Shown in pieces: positions 36,131 through 47,433 of a DNA stretch of 64,000 nucleotides. The translations under genes were made by a program, and so were the position numbers. The stretch spans positions 131,626,001 through 131,690,000 of the forward strand of contig OZ038378.1 of the NCBI GenBank assembly GCA_964036045.1, read 5' to 3'. Within the stretch, counting starts at the first letter, position 1; the number at the start of each line of letters is the position of its first letter. The notes under the pieces were generated by a model, which did no database searches, was not told the origin of the DNA, and saw only the letters and a list, made by a program, of their open reading frames with translations. This DNA is from Eutreptiella sp. 'Long Island Sound 2002' (taxonomy: Eukaryota; Protista; Euglenida).

Positions 36131-37729
36131 ACCGCCGGCGGCGCTAGCGGGGAAAGTTCATCTGGTGGTGGCAAGGAAATTTCCCATAATTCCCAAAGAC
36201 TATGGTGGGCCTGCCGAACAGCTGCTGCCTGTCCCGTCACATTGGTGGAATTATGGTGAATTATGGGGAATTATGGAGAATTATGGGGAACTGGGGTCAA
36301 ATTATGGGGAATTATGGTGGAATTCCGGGGATCTATGGTGTAATCATGGGGAACTATGGGGAATTATGGGGAATTATGGGGAATTATGGGGCCATTATGG
36401 GGGAATTTAGGTGGAATGATGGGGAATTATGGGGAAATTCGGAAATTGGGATGCCATTTCTTGTTTTGCTGATCGTTGTTTTTTGTCGTCGTATGGCCCT
36501 TTGTTTCCACAGACATGTCACACTTTCATCCTCACACCAATGTTCTTTATGTGCGAGTTGCCTACCTATACAAGGCCCCCAAGTAATACATTTCCCAGGG
36601 GCAAGTGGCGAAGCAAATGAAGAAACTGAATATCAAGGCACGCAACCCCATGCAGTGACATTGCGCTTAGTGGTGCCTGGGGCCGTCGTGGTGGTGTATG
36701 GATGTCGTGCGCTGTTGCATTAAATGTCGTGCCACCCAGACACCGTGCTGCCTGTGCATCGGCTTTTGCTGAGGCAGCGACTGCTGCTGGCTTGCAAGGT
36801 GTTGGCACGCCTGATGCTGCTGCTAATGGTGCACCACTTGCAACTGCAGATGCTGTGACTGGTCAAACGTACAGAGGAGTTGCGACAGAGGTAGAATTTT
36901 TGAGTGTCTGTGGAGCTGTTTTACTGCGCGGCCCTACTAGAGATCCCAAAAGGTATACAGTGCTGCCACTGCCACTGCCACTGCTATTGGTACTACGGTT
37001 GTGAATGGGTGCCCTGCTCCAATTGTTTGGCCGTGCTCTTTTTTTTTTTGGGGATCCTGCTGCCACTGCCACTGCCACTGCCACTGCATGGGTGCCCTTG
37101 TCCGATCGTTGGGCAGTTTTTTTGAAGTTTTTTTGGGATTGTGCCATTTCCGCTTTGCAAGGGACCTTCCAAGGCTGCCACCCCTTTTGGGACACCTGGC
37201 TTGTACCACCTCCGCCCTGGCAGCCCACCGGTCGACATTGCCGCTCATTCCAAGCGGGTCATTGGGGCATAGCGACCTTCAACGCCAGAGCCAATGGGGG
37301 CCGCCCAGAACCCCATCGCCGTAGAGTCTAGCCCGGAGTCCGTTGATTTGAGGGAGCCGGTGGTAGCCAACAGCACATCCAGCTGTGGAATTGATTTGCT
37401 TGCCGAAGTCCATCGCGTCTCAGTGGAACTCGAGGAGGAGGATCCGGCAGGGTCCCATTCAAATAAAGAGGAGGAGGGGCCGGGTGAGGAGGAGCAGGAG
37501 GACGAGGAGCAGGAGGAGGAGGAGGAGGAGGAGGAGCAGGAGGATGTCGAGTGGTTATTAGGCTAGGCCCACGATGGGCCTCACACCCGTGCAAAACACA
37601 CTGCCGAGTTGCCACCAGACTTTTATGACTTTAAAGAGTTGTGCAACAATAATGCGGCGTGATTCTGTTCCACACTGTTGTCACGTGCATGTGCATTGTG
37701 CTTGCCTTTGTTTCTCTAAGCCAACCCAT

Positions 37730-38110
37730 TAGGAATCAAGAATCAACAACAGGCCACCAGGAATGAAGATTTGAAGCATGAATGAAGAACAAACCAGCAG
37801 GATTCAACAACAAGCCACCAGGAATCAAGAACAGACCAGCAAAAATCAACAGCAAGTGCGCCACAGTCAAGGCAACGCATCAGGAATCAACAGCAAGCCA
37901 CCAGCAATCACGAAAGAACCAGCAGGAATCAACAGCAAGCCACCAAGAATCAACATTTGACCAAAAGGGATCAACAGCAACTGGGCAACACATTAGGAAT
38001 CAACAGCAAGCCACCAGGCATCAGGAACCGGCAACGCTAATTAAACACAACCTGGCAGGCCTCAAAAGCATAGCATCGGGAACGAACAGCAACCCGTCAA
38101 GAATTGAAAC
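37730..38110 (+). repeat. Degenerate ~21-bp repeat (aggaatcaacagcaagccacc)
   Basis: The words ggaatcaa, cagcaagccacc and caggaatc recur throughout the stretch. Confidence 0.75.
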
Positions 38111-41100
38111 CAAGCCATAATTCCACCATAATTTGCCATGATTCCACCCCAATTCCCCCACAATTCCACCCAAAAAAAAGTCCCCCATAATCCCACCCAA
38201 ATTCCCCATGATTCCCAATGATTCCCCATAATTCCCCCATAGTTCCCCATAATTCCCGATAATTCCTCATACTTCCACCCCGATTCCCCCGTAATTCCCC
38301 CCAAATTCCCGGTAATTCCCCATAATTCCCCATAATTCACCCCTAATCCTCCCCTAATTACCCATAATTCCCCATAATTGCACCCAAATGTCGGCTCGGC
38401 ACACGTGATGCTCCAATTGGATGGGAGGGGGATCATGAGGAAGTTGCGACGCAAGATGGTTGCCACCATAGTCGACAAGTCGGGGTACATTCAAGTAGCG
38501 AAGACCACATCTCCTGAGCACGTGGACATCGCTAGAGTGTCCATGTGGGACGTACGCATGGTAGCCTGCCTGCTGAGCAGCACCGGTGAGTGGCTCCCTT
38601 ATCAAGAGCTCCCGATCCGATACTTGCAAAATCCAAATGTGTTCAACCCACAGGTAGAAGTGCCACCCAGAACCTACCGAGTGCTGGTGCCCAGTGCGAT
38701 TGACAGAAGAACCCAATTCTATCGTTTCGTGAATTCTTCCACGGATGATGCATCTTCGGTGGCCCGCCGTAACTCTGTGTTCCCATGGAAGGGTCCCACG
38801 CGCATAGCCGCCCCTGATGACACAAGTTACTTGTGGGAATACCAAATTGCTCAGGTACTCCATGACAGAATGCAGGCCTTCCTTGAACACCAACACACCC
38901 GGACAGTGGCTTGACCTCACCGATCATGAGAAGTTGTACATCATCCTGCAAGCCAAACCAAATAAAGGAAATGAGGGGATACAAGATATCAAGTCCTCAG
39001 AAGATTTGGCGGTAGAACTGGCAGCGGCGATGGACAAGGACCTGGACGATGAAGTTTCCTTGCCTCGCCCACCCTTCTTGACAGAAGTGTTCCCAACGGG
39101 TGTGCCACACATGCGGTATCGGCGCATTGTGACACTTGCCAACGAGAATCAGGTCTCAAAGGTAGCGCGGGGGCTATGGCAGAACAGCCGACTGGTGTGG
39201 AAGAAGTTAACGACGAATCGTCGTGTCAGATTTGGGGTGTGGGCGGCAGGGGCAGAGGAAGACCATCAACGAGCACCAAGGGAACCGGTTATGGATGGGC
39301 AAGCGCCGATTACCGTTCTTTTTGGATTGTCCGAGGCCACCGTACACAAATATGCAGCGTTGTTCGGTCTCTTCACCACAGTCTCGACTCGAGGTGCATC
39401 CCACATATTGGGGCGCACAAAATACGTGGTCACATATGGCCGAAAAGAGAGAGCTTTCATAAGCCACGATGTCACGCTGGACTCTACGCTGGGCAAGTAA
39501 CGTTCGAGGCAAACTGCACGGAGGATGACCTCCTGGGAGCCAAGCGGGCCTTCCAAGAGCGACAAGGCCAAATGCTTGAAGACGACATGGGAGATTGGTG
39601 GAGAATGGAAATGGGCCGGGAATTGGGTGCGGAGACGGCGGTGGCCGAGGAGGCCAAGCGCCTGACGGCTGATAACCTTGTGGGCTTGTCGGGCTGAATT
39701 GCTGGCACACCACCACAGGACACGCACGACCACGCGCAGGTCACAAAGGTCCCCCCACAAGGGACAACACGAGGCTGTGCGGAGGGGGGATGCCTTGAGA
39801 CGCTGCACGGGGAAAAAACATCAAGGGGTGCGCCACTGCGTGACGCGACAAAGTGGAACAGACCATAGAAATCACTCAGCCAATACATTGCACATGCAAT
39901 CATGACCTCAGGCACAAACCGTGGCACTGGTGGATTCGAATGGTGGTGGCCATACTTGCCTGCCAAGTGGCCTTGTCCGTCGAGACTTCCTTTGACATGC
40001 AGACCCGGAGCACGAATAGAAAGTCGTGCCGTGCCCGCATTCGACGACGGCATGTGCCGCGTTCGTCATTGTTCCTTGACAACATACTATGGTACTGGAG
40101 GGTGCTCATGGGCGCGTGGGAAAAATTCCACTCCGCAGAGCACTCTGTCCAATGCACGCTACAGCACACCGAACGCCCCGCCTACCATGACGACCTACCC
40201 TACCTATGGCAATCGGCCCCGTTGTGGGATAGGGCGCACCGACTGGTGACCCTGTCCAACGACGTGCCCCCAAACCCGAACAGAGCGCGCCGGGGTTGCT
40301 GCCGTGACCCAGTCATATTGTCTCATGCCCGATGGAAACGTGAAACCCTAACACTGTCGGTAGATGTGCATCCAAACCCTAGTCACCCCAAGACAACCAC
40401 GTTGCACGCCCTGACTTTGAACGTTGGCGGCCCACACCTCAGCAGACGGAGGTGGGGTTGCCTCGTGCAAGAAACACATGCCTCCTCCCCCCACATCATT
40501 GCCCTCCAGGAGGTCCGCTTTAGAACAGGCGAGGCCCACCTTGCATACACTGCAAAGGCCTTTCCGAACCATCAGTCGCTCGCCCATGATGACAAGCGCC
40601 CCGACATGATGTTCCTTGTGCATGAGAGGGTCCACAAGTATTGCAAATTAATGGCCCACCGCTCGCCCCATGCAATTGCTCTCCGCGTCCAGATCCAAGG
40701 CGTACCCGAATTCCCTTTCGTGAACCAGCATGGACCGTTCACCTTACGGTAAAGGGAGGCCTTAGACGCCTGGATTGCGTTTGTTCCCAATGTGGGCATC
40801 GTTGGAGGAGACTTCAATGACGGAATTTGGCACGCAAGTCCCCGCCGCAGAAGGATATGGCACGACTGGCTCGACTCCGGACGCCTTTTTGACCCGCAAT
40901 ACCAAACGGTGCCTCAACCGCAGGGCCCGAGCCACACCCGAGGGGGCAAACGACTGGACGCGCTCCTGCTGTCACAAACAACATGGAATGCACTTACGCC
41001 GGTGGCCTACCAAGCGACCACGTTCCCGTTGTCAGGGGGGCACGCAGGTGTTGCAATCCACACCACGGTCGTGCTCCTTGAGCCACAGCCCCCAGATCCC

Positions 41101-41879
41101 GAGGTCATCAGCATCCGCGACTGCACGGGTACAGATCCGAAGCGCTTCCGCGCACATATGTGGATATGGTACCGGGGTTTTCCCCAAAAAATGACCATGG
41201 AGACCGCCAGCAATATGGTGCTGAAAGAGGTCGCGCGATACGTCGCTGCAAACAAGAAGCCAGAAAGACGACCGAACCAGGCTCATAAGGATCTGCAGGC
41301 CCGTCTTGCCAAGAACCCTTGTGACCAAGCCGCACTCAAACTATGGGGTGAACATATGCAATGCAAGTGCCATACCGAGGTGATGAAGAAGCTGCGCCGT
41401 TTCTGCAAATCTGCGATTGTGAGCACAGGGACAATCTTCGCGGAGCTCCCCACGTGGCTCCCGAAGCCTGCTCACGTTTCTTCCATGTCTCCCACTCCGG
41501 CGTCGGCCCTTCGTGCGCGTTTGAAACCCAATGTCGTTCCAGCCAAATTGTTCCAGTGTTCTAGGCTATCTGCCCGGAACAAAAAAAGTTCGAAATTTGT
41601 TTGTCCCCCAACCAAGCCTACCCGTGCATGGTGGCAAAATATGTTGTTTGCTAGCCTTGGGGGTCCCCGCTGGTATGCTTATATTTGTTGCCCGGCGCGT
41701 TGCCACGTGAAAAAAACTTTTTTTCAAAAACAGTTTTTGTTAGAGCACCATTGGAACACCGCTGGAACAAGTTATTTGAACGTTGCCGGAACAAGCAATC
41801 TACAATAAGAGCAAAGCACAATGAAGGGTAAAATGGTAACATACATTGTTGTGCAAGGTGCCCCCGGGGGCCCATCGGA

Positions 41880-44800
41880 TTAGTCTCTTCGTGTGTTCCT
41901 CACCCAAAAGTCCTGCGTGGTCGGGGGCCCGGCGGGCGCCCCCGAACTCTTGTTACCCGCCCCACTATCCCCCCCATCTCCCTCACCGACCACCACCCCT
42001 TCACCCACCACCCCTTCACCCTCCACCCCTTCACCCACCACCCCTTCACTCTCCACCCCTTCTCCCACCACCCCTTCACCCTCCACCCCTTCGACCTCCA
42101 TCGTTTCCCCCTCCACCCCTTCGACCTCTTCCCCGACGCCCCCATCCGGTTAGCCCCGGTAGCACCCAAACCTGCCCATGGTCCATCCCCTTCATGTCCC
42201 CTGTCCCCGTCCCCGCCGTTGCCCTCGTCCCCGGCGTCTTCCGCGTCCGCGTCCGCGTCGTCCTCCTTGTCCTCCTCCTCGGCCGCCATCATCTTGGCGA
42301 GGAACTTCTTCGCCTGCGTCTTGGTTTTCCAAACCGACGCTCTCGCGATGGCGAAGAGTTCGGGGTCTTTGGGGAAGGTGATCCACGTCTCCTCAACCCC
42401 GGGGGGCCACCCGCGGCAAGGGCCTCTTTGCCCTGCTCGATCCCCCACTCCCCATTGTCCCGACAAAAGACATACACTTGCTCCCCCCCTTTGCCTTTGG
42501 CTTGGCCTTTGACTTGGGTTGGGGTTGCGGGGGGGGCGCGGCTCTCTTGGGAGCCTTGCGAGGGGGTTTGGTGGGCTCCTTGGTCGGGGGGCGGGGCTGG
42601 GGCTCCTCGAACACCGAGGAGTCGGTGGTGGACCCCGAGGAGGAGTCCGTTGAGGAGTCGCTGGACGACTCCTCGCTGGAGGACTCCCGCGGGAGCCTCT
42701 TCCTTTTTTGGGTGGGTAGTTTGGGGGTGCTCTTGGGTTGCCCCTTGGGGGGGCGTTGGGGTTTGGGTTCGGGTTTGGGTGCTATTTGGGGGGCTGGGCG
42801 GTGGTTCGGGGGTTGGGGTTGCACGGGCGGTGCACACACGGGCGGGGCGGGGCCTCTGCGGCCACTTGTTGGCAGTGCGGCAGCGCTGGGGACAGGTCGC
42901 CAATGTTCCCCCACCCCTCGATGCGCGTCGCGAGAACGCTGCCGCGGGCTGCCAGGTGGTCCATCATGGCCGTGAGGAACTCGAGCACGGCGACGGGCTG
43001 CAAGTCGAACTGCTGAAGCAAGGTTCCCAAACAGATGGGCCGTGGATCGCTTCCTGGCCAACGACGGATCACCCGAATGGCGCGCAGGTCCCACGGGTTG
43101 ATCTGGATGTCCTCCACCTACATGGGGGATAGCCAAGATGAGTGTTCCAGCGACGTTCCACTAAGTTGTTCTTGCGACGTTCAAAAGATTTTTCAAACGC
43201 TTTTTTAGTGACAGATTGGAACGTCGTCAGAACAAGCTGTTTGGAACGTCGCCGGAACAATGCCCCGGCACGCCAACCATGTGCATTTTTGGGCCCTATT
43301 GGCCATGTGGACATGCTTGCGGGGGGGCATACCCGCACGCGCGTGTCCACGTTCTCCTTGATCGCCGCCAACGCTTGCCGCAATTGCGAGATCGGCCTGC
43401 GCTCACGCTCCGCTAGCACTGCCCGAACGGCAGATTATTGGTGCCGCTGCGCGTCGTCCTCACACTTGAGGCGTAGGGCACCAGGCCGCGACAGCGTTTG
43501 GCCAACGACGAAGCCATGGCCTTTGCCTTCGCCCTCGACCACATAGACCCCGTCGCGGAGGATTCGGGTCCAATTGGCCCAAAGGATGACGGTTTCCTTG
43601 CGGGGCGTCGCCCTCACCTCGCCAAGGCCGTGGTCGGCCCAACGCTCAAAAATGTGGTGCCAATTGCAACTCCCCGCACTGACAGAGCCCGCGGTTAGAA
43701 ATTTGCCCCCCTGCGCCTTGCTGGGGAGCCAGTCGTTGGGGAGGGGTGCTGTGCGCCCTGTCCCCGGCCCGGTCACCCAGGACACCGGGATCCCCCCTGG
43801 CGTGGACCCGTCCTCCCGGCGCGAGCAGCAATCACGCTGCTCCTTGCAGTGCAGCTGCTTGTGCAGGAAGCGCTGCAGTAGCCAACGGAGCGTGTAAATG
43901 GTGGGGTGGGGGGCTCGTAGGACACAGGTGTCCAAGGGGGGGGGGTTGGGGCCTACTATCTCCCTTGTCCAGGGAAAATTGGCGGCTTTTGCTGCCAAGG
44001 ATGAGCCAAGTCGGTTGCGCATCCAATCCGTAATGCGCAAGACGCCGCCGGCGTCATCCCCCTCCCCCTCCCCCTCCCCTCCCCCCCCCCCCCCTCTTCT
44101 TCCTCTCTCTTAACCCCCGGGTTAGCCCTCCGCTCTTCATCCTTCTCATGCACCACCACGTCACCCAGCTCCACAATCTCATCGTCGTGGAGCCCCCCCC
44201 CCTAGCTGCAACCTGCCACCCCCCACCCATGCCCTGCAACTCCTTTTCATGCACCTCCACCGCTTTCTGCGCCTCCCTTACCCGCCGGTTCCCCTCTAAA
44301 ACCCTCTCGCTCGCGTTCCCCCCCCCGGTTAGGTCCCCACGCCCCCGACACTCCGCCAATTTCCCTGCCCATTTTTTCACCCGGCGGTGGAGGCTTTCAA
44401 CATTGCCCCTCGTCTCTTGCAGCTCCCCCAAAACCACGGCTTGCTCCCGAACCCCCCCCCCCTTACTCATTGAGCTCCCAGCCGAGGGCTCGGGCAAATG
44501 GGGGCAATGCGCTTGGAGAGGCGCGACTGGCGCCGCCCCTTGTGGGGCACGCCGTGGCGGCTCCAGTGGCCTCTGAGCGGGGGTTGCCCACGGAGGACGC
44601 TTGGGAGCGCCCTGAGGTGGGGGAGGCGCTGGGGAACCCAGCGCAAAGCTGCTGCGTGGCTCGGGGCGCGTGGCCCCCTGTGGCCCCAGCGGGGCTGGCG
44701 GGGGTGGCGCAGCCAGTGTTGCCCCCAGGGCCTCGGTCTCGGTCATCCCGTCCTGCACACAAGGATGCGCGAGAGAGGCCAACCCTACCCACACGCCTTG

Positions 44801-45130
44801 TTCCTGCGACGTTCCAGCAACCTGTTCCGGCGACGTTCTGGCAACTTTCCGGTGGCCGCTGGAACCTCGCCAAAACGTCGCCAGAACAGGTTGTTGGAAC
44901 GTCGCCGGAACAGTGGAAAATAGACACAGTTCCACGCGCGCACAAGGCGCACTGCGTGCACTACGGCCCCGTGGGGGGGGGGGGGGGCATGTACTACAAA
45001 TGGCACTGGGGGGTTCTCAGGTTTTCCCCTTCCCATCCACAACAAAGGATCGTAGCCCCTTTATGGGCATGGGGCAAGCACAATAACCGGGGGGTTCTCG
45101 GGTTGTCCCCTTCCCATCCACATTCATCGA
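41880..45130 (-). pseudogene. Accessory multi-exon gene of copy B (unknown function; acidic and Pro/Lys-rich low-complexity segments)
   Basis: Segments are homologous to the copy A gene: APHPTIYTLRW...RPGALRLKCE (43435-43920), SQLRQALAAIKENVDTR | intron 43118-43338(or 43332) | VEDIQINPWD..WPG..LLQQFDLQP, and WITFPKDPELF..VWKTKTQAKKFL. It ends ..RD* at 41880, as copy A does at 58225. The 5' limit is uncertain. Confidence 0.7.
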
Positions 45131-45499
45131 ATTCCTAGGGGGGCAAACAGGGAATGGGACACAGGGGGGAGCGGGGGGAGCAGGGCAACACACAAGACAC
45201 ACAAACCCAACGCACTGATTTCCACTGCGCGCAAAGCGCGCCAAAGCATACACCCAAACCCAAACCCGAACCTAGGCCCAAACCAAAACCCGCACCCAAA
45301 CCCACACCCAACCCCCAGCCCAAACCCAAGCCCAAACCCACACCCGAGCCCAAGCCCAAACCCAAGCCAAAACCCCCACCCAAACCCAAACCCGCACCGG
45401 AACCCCAACCCGCACCCAAGCCCGAACCCATTTGCAAACCTGAATATTCTTGGTGCCCTTCAGAAGCGCCAACATCATTTGCATCATATCTGCGCTGAC

Positions 45500-47433
45500 G
45501 GGCGCGGCTTTGGATAGTAGCAGAAGAAAGAAGAGAGCTGAGGAACGGGGGTGGTGCAGAGGGGGTGGTCTCTAGTGCAGCCCTGGGAGCACAAGGCACA
45601 TGTCGAACAGCGTCATGTTGGTGGAGATGAATGTGAAAGTACAAGAAAACCCATTGCAACACTTGCCGCAGGGCGTCGGCGTCCGAGTCAATGGATCGAG
45701 CTACCGCAGCTGGCGGTCCATGTAGCCGTTTGCCGGCCACCGCCCCGGGCACTGTGTTCGTTGAAAGCCTGCTTCAGGAAGCGGTTAAGGCTTTCGACAA
45801 TGTCATTGGAGAACATTGCCAATCCGAACGTCCACATGTCGTCCAATACCCGATCCGCATCCTCCTCCAGGAACAGGAGGTAATGGGACGCGGACCTAGG
45901 AGCACAATGCTGCCGGAAGGCAGCTGCCGCTGCCCGGCTTTGGGGACGCGTACCCACCTAATAGGTGTGGCACAGGTCCTTCAAAGCTTCGCCATCCCCA
46001 TCACAGCCCTATAGAGGGGCTCCTCCGGCCCAACCAACAGCAACAATGCAACATCGGGCTAGGCCGCAAACAGGCGTGACGTCTCCTCACCATCCGGGGA
46101 ACAATCCTTGGCTAGGGGCCACCCAATGCGATGCTCATGCAGTACCACCTGAATCGCCGCACGGGACACCTCATCGCCCCCGGCCAGCCGTTGTGCCGCC
46201 AACCGCTCAATGTTGGTCATTTGCAACCGGCCCATCACCATGCAACAGTGCAGAATGCACATGACAACGCGGCACCGGGCAATGACCACCACCGGTTCCA
46301 CGGAAAAACCTGCGGCCTTCAGCGATGGTGTTCCCATCAAGAAGGACGTCCGCTGTGCGTGGTCCGACTCGGTGGTGCGGACCACGTCTTTGCCCCGCCG
46401 CACAGCGGTGTCGGAGTCCCAAATCCCCTCGTTGTATAGTGACCCCACTTGTGGGGCCGGTGTGATCCCGATGATGCGGCGCACCCACAGGGAATCACAA
46501 CCGAGCCAGGCATCGGCCGCTTCCTGATGGGAATTGAAGACCACCCGGTGGGTGCCCACGACCTCCTGGATGGCCTAAGAAAAAAACATCAATTTTGTTG
46601 GAACCAGATTGTTCCGGTGGCGCTTCCAACGAAACACTTGAACATCGCCGGAACAAGTTATCGGAACGTTGCCGGAACAACACGGTGTGTACGCGGCACA
46701 CCTTAATATTCTCTTCCCCAAGGGTTGCTAGGGTCGCCATCGCTTTGTCCCCGCAGATTGCGAGGCCGATGACCCACACGTAGGCGGGAATTCGTCCCCA
46801 AAGGCCCATGTTGGGGATGGACACAGACAATTGGGTCCACTCCCCGCCTGCGCAAGGGTAGCCATCCCCCCTAACAATGAAAGTCGGGGGGAACGACCAA
46901 TCGATCATGCGGCACAACGGGGGTTGGCTAGCAATGTAGCGCAGCCATGATGCCCACAGCCAACTGATGCCCGTGGCCTTGGGTTCCGAAGTGCTCACCC
47001 GGGGGGGGGGGGGGGGGCAGCTCCAAGGGGGCCAATAGATCTTGCCAGCATTGCTGGAAAGCCCTCTCAGGGCAAATCGGACGGGCGAATGGAAGGCCCG
47101 TGGTCGCGGTGTACTCCAGCCCCCGGAGGGTGTACACTTCCGAGAGCGTGCGCCAAGCGGTTTTGGGCGCACGCAGGTTGAGGATGAGCTCGCAACACTC
47201 ATCCGGGGGGAGGACCTCAGAGGCGTCCTTGGCGATTGCCCCCTGCTGTATCTCACGGACACAGCTTGGTTGGGCCAAGCGCACGGCCACCGCAAATTGG
47301 CGGCGGGCGTGTGGAGAGGAGATGGCCCATTCCGCTATAAGCTCCCCAACAGAATCCCCTGGAGGCTAACAGCACTAGCCAAATGGACGAGGTGGGTGCT
47401 TAGTTGCCCAACGCGTGTCTGCGATCTAGGCAT
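45500..47433 (-). pseudogene. DDE transposase with a RAG1/Transib-like catalytic core; one intron; several frameshifts and stops
   Basis: ATG at 47433. Motifs: FIVRGDG (D 46864-46866), WLGCDSLWVRRIIG (D 46494-46496), KAAGFSVEP..MCILHCCM.MGR, PDGEETSRL, SHYL..GLAMFSNDIVESLNRFLK..SAR (E 45793-45795), QVLQWVFLYF. The order and spacing parallel the RAG1 core as I recall it. The 3' end is approximate. Confidence 0.72.
46575..46701 (-). other. GT-AG spliceosomal intron (127 bp, phase 0) with an internal GTTCCGG/CCGGAAC inverted repeat
   Basis: AAT ATT AAG|gtgtgc...ttttttcttag|GCC ATC CAG joins ENIK to AIQEVVGTHRVV in frame. Confidence 0.85.

Noticed and set aside
43192-43200. TTCAAACGC as an additional element terminus
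   Set aside because: It lies inside an intron hairpin with continuous gene homology on both sides, so it is probably a chance or motif-related match.
41880-45130. Accessory gene as a RAG2 homolog
   Set aside because: No kelch repeats or PHD finger are recognisable by eye, and the orientation is tandem rather than convergent. This remains open to structure prediction but is not supported now.
45240-45430. (CCCAAA)n-like tract as telomeric repeat, or a PKPEPK coding repeat
   Set aside because: It is irregular and internal, and lies between a plausible CAG|GTTTGC donor and a CCCCCTAG acceptor on the minus strand, so it is more likely intron sequence.
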